Part shown: positions 59,601-64,000 of the stretch, one piece after another | How the letters are laid out: every line of letters begins with the position of its first letter | Position numbering within the stretch: the first letter of the stretch is position 1 | Assembly: GCA_046331405.1 (NCBI GenBank) | Contig: JAXLQX010000001.1 | Location: 576,471 to 640,470 of the forward strand | DNA length: 64,000 bases | Origin: Thermoanaerobaculia bacterium | Lineage (GTDB): Bacteria > Acidobacteriota > Thermoanaerobaculia > Multivoradales > SZUA-115 | Direction of reading: 5' to 3' | Position numbers and translations under genes: made by a program | Notes under the pieces: generated by a model | What the model saw: only the letters and a program-made list of their open reading frames with translations | What the model was told of the DNA's origin: nothing | Database searches by the model: none

Positions 59601-62427
59601 GCCCGCGGCGCTGGTGCTGCTCGAGCGGCTGCCCCTCTCCTCTCACGGCAAGGTCGATCGGCGGGCTCTCGAAGAGCTGCCGGTCGAGGTCGCGGCTTCG
59701 AGCTCTGCGGGCCCGCCCCGCGACGCCCTGGAGAGACGCCTGGCCGAGTTGTGGCAGGACATTCTCGGCCGCGGGGCCGGCACGGTGGGCGTGGGCGACG
59801 ATTTCTTCGCCCTGGGCGGCAGCTCGATCGATGCGGCGATCCTGGTCAACCGCCTGCAGGAGGAGCTCGGCGAGCACGTCTACGTGGTGGCGCTGTTCGA
59901 CGCCCCCACCCTCGGAGATCTCGGCGTCTGGCTCAAGCGCCACTACCCGGCCGCCGTGGAGCGTCGCTTCGGGGTGAGCGGCGGGCAGTCGGCCCCCGAG
60001 GGCGCGCAGCGGGATGGCCGGCCGCTCGGCGCGGCGGATCTCGCCGCGCTGGCCGGCCGGGTGGAGCCCCCGGCGGCGGCCCGGAGAGCTCGCCAGCGCC
60101 GGCCGGCGATCTTCGTGCTCTCGCCGCCGCGTTCGGGCTCCACGCTGCTGCGCGTGCTGCTCGGCGGGCATTCGCAGCTGTTCGCGCCGCCCGAGCTGGA
60201 CCTGTTCTCCTTCGCCACCCTGGGCGAGCGCCGCCGGGCCTTCTCCGGGCGTTTCGCCTTCTGGCGCGAGGGCCTGATCCGCGCCGTCATGGAGCTTGCC
60301 GGAAGCGACGCCCCGGCCGCCGAGCGGCTGGTCGAGGGCTTCGAAGAGCGCGACGCCGAGGTTTCCGAGGTGCTCGGCTGGTTGCTCGACGCCTGCGCTC
60401 CTCGCCTGTTGGTGGACAAGACGCCGGCCTACGCCCTCCACCCCGCGATCCTCGAGCGCCTGGAAGACGAGGTGCCGGGCGCCCACTACATCCACCTGCT
60501 CCGCCACCCGCAGGCGGTGATCGCCTCCTTCGTCGAAGCCCATCTCGATCAGCTCTTCTTCCGCCCCGAGCACCCCTACAGCGGGCCCGAGCTGGCGGAG
60601 CTGGTGTGGCAGCTCAGCCAGCGCAACATCCTGGAATTCCAGCGCCGCGTGGCCCCGGAGCGCTGGCATCCGGTGCGCTTCGAAGAGCTGGTGGCGGCGC
60701 CGGCCGAGGTGATGGCGAGGCTCTGCGCGGGCCTCGGCCTCAAGCTCGAGCCGGCCATGCTCGAGCCCTACGGCGATGGGCGCGGCCGGATGACCGACGG
60801 CATCCATCCGCTGTCCAAGATGCTGGGCGACGTGAAGTTCCACCAGCACTCGGCGATCGACCCGGCGGCGGCCCACCGCTGGCAGCAACAGCAAGGCCTC
60901 CGGCCCCTCGCCCCCGGGACCGTGGCCCTGGCCGAGCGGCTCGGCTACCCGGCCCCCGAAGCGCCGCTGTCCTTCGCCCAGCAGCGCTTCTGGCTGGCCC
61001 ACCGGCTGGACGCCTCCGGCTACGCCTACAACATCCCGGCCGCCGTGGAGCTCGAGGGCGAGCTCGATGCCCGGGCCCTCGCCGACGCCCTCGGCGACCT
61101 CGTTGCTCGGCATCAGGTGCTGCGCAGCTTCTTCCCGGTGGTCGAGGGCAGGCCCGTGGCCCGCTTCCGGCTGCCGGCCGGAGAGCCCCTGCCAAGGCTG
61201 GATCTCGAGGGCCTGGGCGAGGGCGCCGCCGCCGAGGCCGCCCGGCTGGGCGCGCGGGAGGCGAAGCGGCCGTTCGCCCTCGGGACCGGGCCGGTGGTGC
61301 GGATGCGCTTGCTCCGCCTCGGGCCGGCCCGTCACCGCCTGCTCTTCACTGCCCACCACATCGCGAGCGACGCCTGGTCCTCGGCGATCGTGCTTGCCGA
61401 GCTCGACACCCTCTACTCGGCGCGGCTCGCCGGCCGCCGGGCCGAGCTGCCCGAGCTCGCCGTCCAGTACGCGGACTTCGCCCGCCACCAGCGCGAGGAG
61501 CCGCCGGCCGGGCGGCAAGCGGCACTCGCCTACTGGCAGCGTGAGCTGGCACCGCCCTGGCCGCGCCTCGCCCTACCGGTGGACCGGCCCGAGGCTGCGG
61601 CCCTCGCCACCGCCGGCGCTCGCCTCACCATTGCCGTGCCGCCGCCGGTCGCCACGCGGCTGGTTGCCCTCGCCCGCGAGGAGAGCGCCACGCCGTTCGC
61701 CGCCCTGCTCGCAGCCTTCGGCCTGGTACTCGGGCACCTCGGCGGGCAGACGGATCTGGTGGTGGGCACCAACTTCGCCGAGCGAGGCCGGCCGGAGCTC
61801 GAGGGGCTGATCGGCTGCTTCGTCAACCAGCTCGCGCTGCGCCTCTCGCTCGCCGGCGAGCCCAGCCTGCGCGAGCTGCTGCGCCGTGCCCGGCGCACGC
61901 TGGTGGAGGCCCAGCGCCACGGCGAGGTTCCCCTGGAGCAGGTGCTGGAGCAGCTCGGCCTGGGCCCCCGCGCCGGCCAGGGGCAAGGCGAGGAGATCTT
62001 CGAGGCCAAGTTCGAGCTGCTCAACGTGCCGCGCGAGCGGCCGCGGCTGGGCCCGCTCGAGGTGCATCCGCTGGTCGAAGACCGCGGTGTGGTGCGCTAC
62101 CTCCTCCACCTGCTGCTCGAGGTGGGCGACGACGGCGGATTCCACGGCCTCTTCCAATACGACGGCGGGCGCCTCGAGGCCGCCACGGCGCGCGAGTGGA
62201 GCTGCCTTTTCGTCGATGCCTGCCGGCTGCTCGCCGAGCGGCCGGAGCTCGCTTTCGCTGCCGCGAAGGCCGAGCTCGCCTCCGCGGCCGAGCTGCGGCA
62301 GCAGGAGTCGGGGCGATTGCAGCGCCAGGCCAACGCCCGGCGCCTCGGCCAGAGCCGGCGCCCTGCCGCCGTCGCCAACCTCAGCACCCCCCAGGAGCCT
62401 TTCGACGATGAGCGACCCAACGCCTGA
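53644..62427 (+). CDS. NRPS subunit 3: C-A-PCP-C-A-PCP-sulfotransferase-C
   Basis: C HHIAADRWS. A1 AYLIYTSGSTGRPKGVVV, YHTGDL. PCP FFALGGHSLLAVRL. C LHHIAGDLGS. A2 AYLIYTSGSTGRPKGVMI, NAYGPTECTV, YRTGDLG. PCP FFALGGSSIDAAIL. Sulfotransferase PAPS motifs IFVLSPPRSGSTLL (5'-PSB) and LLRHPQAVIAS (3'-PB RxxxxxxS). Terminal C HHIASDAWS. TTG start overlapping the NRPS2 stop. Confidence 0.85.
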   Translation: MSLEGASSLERRLAALTPPQRAALAERNPLSFAQERMWFLDQLFGGSAFYHGGAALCLHGELEVAALAAALSELARRHHVLRSVFPALDGVPAQLVLPAAAVALPVVDLAALAPLDRERAAAALAAHEVARPCRLDQGPVWRRLLLRLATREHRLIATLHHIAADRWSLAILARELGELYAARLAGRPAELPSLPVQYGDFARWQRRLPAEAFAGDLAYWRSQLAALPPPLELPVDHPRPARPGLRGRRHHHHLAAGLEGRLQSVARREGATPFMLVLAALAALLARWTGSQDVLLGSPLGAREREEFEPLIGLFLNTLPLRLRPGRGLSFRQLLAEAGQVALEAQDHAALPFEKIVEAVQPERQLDRNPLFQVLFAYQNVPRERLALGSLEVELAEVERQSALFDLSLSFEEEAEGLSLGVDYSRDLFDATTVARLARHLERLLTAALENPEERLEALPWLAAAEEHQLLREWSDTAVAGDPPSPFELFSLQVAARPEASAVACDGEVLSYGELHRRVRRLAAALEGQGVGPGSRLGLYLERSPEQLQALLAALCQRAAYVPLDPAFPAERLRFMAEDAGLAAILVAERAAAPPEFAGRLLALGELEAPAEGPGAAPGGDWPAYLIYTSGSTGRPKGVVVPASAVSNFLLSMAERPGLSACERLVAITTLSFDIAVLELLLPLVVGAQVVLARRATASDPLRLAGLLAEQAANALQATPATWRALLESGWQPPAGLALLCGGESLPLELAERLCQGESWLWNLYGPTETTVWSTLERWQRGEPSVAAGRPIANTGAFVLDRGGRPLPVGAPGELALGGRGVSWGYSGRPTATAERFRPDPFADRPGQRLYHTGDLVRRGPDGRLEWLGRLDHQVKLRGFRIELGEVEAALASHPGVAQAVALVIGPEPAALVGVVRPRPEQSPAGAALLAHLGQRLPGYMVPSQIVLVDPLPLTPNGKVDRRALGEQVATLRRGAAPEEGPSGSQLAQLLAAIWAEVLGREEVGEHEDFFALGGHSLLAVRLVARLRATVAPGAELRTLFDHPTPASFALALPASSGEVQPLAPIPRLERGGLLPLSSAQQRLWFQDQLEGELSALALPAPLRLSGPLDPRRMSTALGALVARHELLRTRFPVEAGRVWAEITPAGPLALPEVDLSGLPAARRPAEGSRLLAVDLRRRFPLASSPPLRCALLRLSAAEHWLQLTLHHIAGDLGSLAVLLRELSVLYRQGQEALAPLELQHVDFAAWQRGVLAGPGREAELAWWRSTLEDLPPSFELPADRPRLPGQEPRGARASFALAPGLVQALRRQGRALALTPFMQLATGLALLLGRLGRSRDLALATPVAGRDRPELAEMIGPLLNTVAIRLSLAANPTVAEALAIVRAQVLGALAHQELPFDEVVTSLGLARGGGSPPWLAALLAVQNLALPALDFGALEAEPLEVEKQAVQFELVAFFAERQGGLAGGFNYRSDLFDRTTIERWRGWLERLLEGVATRPEARAWDLPWWSPAEHQQLLCEWSESRRLPEAGPEEGPWCLFAAACRRAPERVGVVFEGEHWSYGALAARAAAGAAELEAFGVGPEQLVAICLERSVALVVAVLSVLGAGAAYVPLDPAWPRERLASLLTELGHPWVLSGPLERELLPANARALEPARVPAEPVPAPLPDARQLAYLIYTSGSTGRPKGVMISRGSAAHLARSQVVAFGLGEGERVLQFSAITFDASVSELLTAWAVAGTLVLGRREQLADSGELAGLASRERIDLVTLPPSLLARLAAGSLPAQTTLVVAGEATSAELVDRWAPGRRMLNAYGPTECTVGATVGLCEVGAGAPPALGRPTRGYRLHVVDPGGQLTPPGAPGELWIGGEGVARGYWRRPGETAARFVPDPWSGEPGARLYRTGDLGRQLADGRLRYLGRIDAQLKVHGVRIEPAEIEAAFLAHGAVREAAVQLAWRGAERVLVAYLGVGASGVSESALRAHLAERLPRTLMPAALVLLERLPLSSHGKVDRRALEELPVEVAASSSAGPPRDALERRLAELWQDILGRGAGTVGVGDDFFALGGSSIDAAILVNRLQEELGEHVYVVALFDAPTLGDLGVWLKRHYPAAVERRFGVSGGQSAPEGAQRDGRPLGAADLAALAGRVEPPAAARRARQRRPAIFVLSPPRSGSTLLRVLLGGHSQLFAPPELDLFSFATLGERRRAFSGRFAFWREGLIRAVMELAGSDAPAAERLVEGFEERDAEVSEVLGWLLDACAPRLLVDKTPAYALHPAILERLEDEVPGAHYIHLLRHPQAVIASFVEAHLDQLFFRPEHPYSGPELAELVWQLSQRNILEFQRRVAPERWHPVRFEELVAAPAEVMARLCAGLGLKLEPAMLEPYGDGRGRMTDGIHPLSKMLGDVKFHQHSAIDPAAAHRWQQQQGLRPLAPGTVALAERLGYPAPEAPLSFAQQRFWLAHRLDASGYAYNIPAAVELEGELDARALADALGDLVARHQVLRSFFPVVEGRPVARFRLPAGEPLPRLDLEGLGEGAAAEAARLGAREAKRPFALGTGPVVRMRLLRLGPARHRLLFTAHHIASDAWSSAIVLAELDTLYSARLAGRRAELPELAVQYADFARHQREEPPAGRQAALAYWQRELAPPWPRLALPVDRPEAAALATAGARLTIAVPPPVATRLVALAREESATPFAALLAAFGLVLGHLGGQTDLVVGTNFAERGRPELEGLIGCFVNQLALRLSLAGEPSLRELLRRARRTLVEAQRHGEVPLEQVLEQLGLGPRAGQGQGEEIFEAKFELLNVPRERPRLGPLEVHPLVEDRGVVRYLLHLLLEVGDDGGFHGLFQYDGGRLEAATAREWSCLFVDACRLLAERPELAFAAAKAELASAAELRQQESGRLQRQANARRLGQSRRPAAVANLSTPQEPFDDERPNA

Positions 62428-62527
62428 GCCCCGCGTGCCCGGAGTGGACCTGGTGACCTGGATCGCCGGGCCCCGGCGGATCCCCGTCGAGATGGGCCAG
62501 GCCGCCAGCGGGGAGCCCCGGCCGTGA
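62408..62527 (+). CDS. Possible 38-aa bridging ORF between NRPS3 and NRPS4 (hypothetical)
   Basis: ATG at 62408 overlaps the NRPS3 stop in the +1 frame. Encodes MSDPTPEPRVPGVDLVTWIAGPRRIPVEMGQAASGEPRP. Its TGA overlaps the GTG start of the next NRPS gene (CCGTGAGCC). Confidence 0.2.
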   Translation: MSDPTPEPRVPGVDLVTWIAGPRRIPVEMGQAASGEPRP

Positions 62528-64000
62528 GCCAGGCCGGCTTCCGCCTCTCGCCGGAGCAGCGGGCCGCCTGGGCGGCGGCCGAGCAGGGCCGGGCCCTGCC
62601 CTGGGTGGCCCGGGTGGAGTTCGCCGGCGAGCTCGAGCCGCAGGCCTGTCGCCGGGCCCTCTCGGCTCTCGGCAGTCGACTCGAGATCCTGCGCACCGGC
62701 TTCGACTTCGCCCCCGGCCTCACCGTGCCTCTGCAGTGGGTGAAGGAGGAGGCGCGACCGAAGCTCGCCTGGCTGGACCTCACCGCGCTCGCGGCGGGGG
62801 ACCGCGACCGTGCGGCGAGCGAGGTCGCCCGCGAGGCGGCTGCCGCCGGCCGGCCCTGGCAGCAGGGAGGGGTGGAGCTGCTGGTGGCCAAGGCCGGCCC
62901 GGCCGCCGGCTGGCTGCTCTGGAAGAGCTCGCCCCTGGTGGCGGGGCCACAGAGCCTGTGGTTGCTCGCCTCCGCCTGGGCGGAAGAGGTGGCTGGCTCG
63001 CCTGGAGCCGACACGCTCCAGTACGCCGACCTCGCCGAGTGGCAGAACAGTCTGCTCGAAGGTGAGGAAACCGCCCAGGAGCGGCTCTACTGGCGATCCT
63101 GGGCCGGGAGCTCCCGGCCAGAAGGAACCTGGGCGTCGCCGCCGGAGGGAGAGCGGCCGCCGCAGCCCGCCGTGGCTCGGCGCCGGCTGCCGGGCGAGGT
63201 GATCCACAGCCTGGCCGCGGCCGGCAACCTCGAGGGGGAGCTCGCGGCCTGCTGGTGGCTCCAGGCGGCGGCCTGGCAGGCCGAGGGCGAGCCGGCTCTG
63301 GGCCTGCTCGCGAACGGGCGCTCCTACGAGGATCTCGAACGCGCCGTGGGGCCTCTCGCCCGCCACCTGCCCCTGCGCCTGCCGGCGCCACAGGCGGCCG
63401 AGGGCTTCCGTGGCTGGGCCGGGAGGGTGGGCCAGGCGCTGGCAGCGGATCGCGAGTGGCAGGAGTACTGCCCTCTGTTTCCGGAGCGAGTGCCGTACCT
63501 CACGGCCTTCGAGCATCGAGCCGTGGGCGAGCGGTGGGCTCGAGGCGGCCTGGCGCTGCGCCTGCTGGGCTTCGAGAGGGTGGCCGGTGCACCCGGCGTG
63601 GCCCTGACTCTGGCCGTGGAGAGCAGCCCGGAAGGCGTCGAGGCCCGCCTGGCATTCGACCGCGCTCGGCTGGCGCAGCGTGAAGCCGAGGCCCTGCTCG
63701 AGCGTTGGGCGGAGCTCGTCGCACGGGTGGCGGCGCAGCCGGCGGCAACGGTGGCGAGCTTCGAGCGGCTGAGCCGGGCAGACCAGGCCTGGCTCGATAC
63801 CGGCTGGAACGGCGAGCAAGGCCTGCTGCCGGACTTTGACACCGTGCTCGAGCCGATTCTCCGGGAGGCGCGCCGGGCCAGCGAGCGGGTCGCCCTGGTG
63901 GGGGGCGAGGAGCATTGGTCCTGGGGCTACCTCGAAAGCTACTCGGCCGGCCTCGCCGGCCGCTTGCGCGCCCTGGGGGCCGGGCCGGACCGCCTGGTGG
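62524..64000 (+). CDS. NRPS subunit 4 (5' part): degenerate C-like domain, then the start of an A domain; continues beyond the window
   Basis: Not in the ORF track because no stop occurs in the window. GTG start VSQAGFRLSPEQRAAW...LEILRTGFDF. The C-motif position reads SSPLVAGPQSLWLL (no His). The window ends in RVALVGGEEHWSWGYLESYSAGLAGRLRALGAG (A-domain A1/A2 region). Confidence 0.7.
   Translation, partial: MSQAGFRLSPEQRAAWAAAEQGRALPWVARVEFAGELEPQACRRALSALGSRLEILRTGFDFAPGLTVPLQWVKEEARPKLAWLDLTALAAGDRDRAASEVAREAAAAGRPWQQGGVELLVAKAGPAAGWLLWKSSPLVAGPQSLWLLASAWAEEVAGSPGADTLQYADLAEWQNSLLEGEETAQERLYWRSWAGSSRPEGTWASPPEGERPPQPAVARRRLPGEVIHSLAAAGNLEGELAACWWLQAAAWQAEGEPALGLLANGRSYEDLERAVGPLARHLPLRLPAPQAAEGFRGWAGRVGQALAADREWQEYCPLFPERVPYLTAFEHRAVGERWARGGLALRLLGFERVAGAPGVALTLAVESSPEGVEARLAFDRARLAQREAEALLERWAELVARVAAQPAATVASFERLSRADQAWLDTGWNGEQGLLPDFDTVLEPILREARRASERVALVGGEEHWSWGYLESYSAGLAGRLRALGAGPDRLV

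Overview
High-GC (~70%) bacterial chromosomal window. The ADOP-type duplicated FtsX permease, the ECF-sigma/Ser-Thr-kinase pair, the large BNR/PKD/Calx-beta secreted proteins and the many ATGA/GTGA translationally coupled genes suggest an Acidobacteriota-like origin (inference). Gene content from left to right: (i) 1-6509, a minus-strand operon with MFS transporter, fatty acyl-AMP ligase, ACP-fused alpha-oxoamine synthase, nucleotidyltransferase and a truncated AsnB-like amidotransferase. (ii) 6861-23250, secreted BNR, Calx-beta and PKD proteins, an ECF sigma factor plus TPR Ser/Thr kinase, a PadR/DUF1700 pair, two VapBC-type toxin-antitoxin pairs (one toxin disrupted by an in-frame amber codon), and a B12-binding-domain radical SAM protein. 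(iii) tRNA-Leu(GAG), a Uma2 endonuclease, and the housekeeping secG-tpiA-pgk-gap operon. (iv) From about 27.6 kb to the window end, a large hybrid PKS/NRPS biosynthetic locus. It contains one fully reducing PKS module (KS-AT-DH-ER-KR-ACP) and at least four NRPS subunits: C-A-PCP-C-TauD, C*-A-PCP, C-A-PCP-C-A-PCP-sulfotransferase-C, and C*-A... (C* is a degenerate C-like domain). A cobalamin radical SAM gene is wedged between the NRPS genes. An SbnA/SbnB-like diaminopropionate synthase pair, an atypical OTC-family transcarbamylase, an ADOP permease and a radical-SAM-like protein with unusual Cys spacing lie immediately upstream. The in-line sulfotransferase and fused TauD tailoring domains make this the most unusual system in the window. 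The ORF track contains many long GC-artefact ORFs antisense to, or N-terminally extending, the real genes. Gene starts were re-placed using signal peptides, conserved N-termini, RBS motifs and start/stop overlaps.
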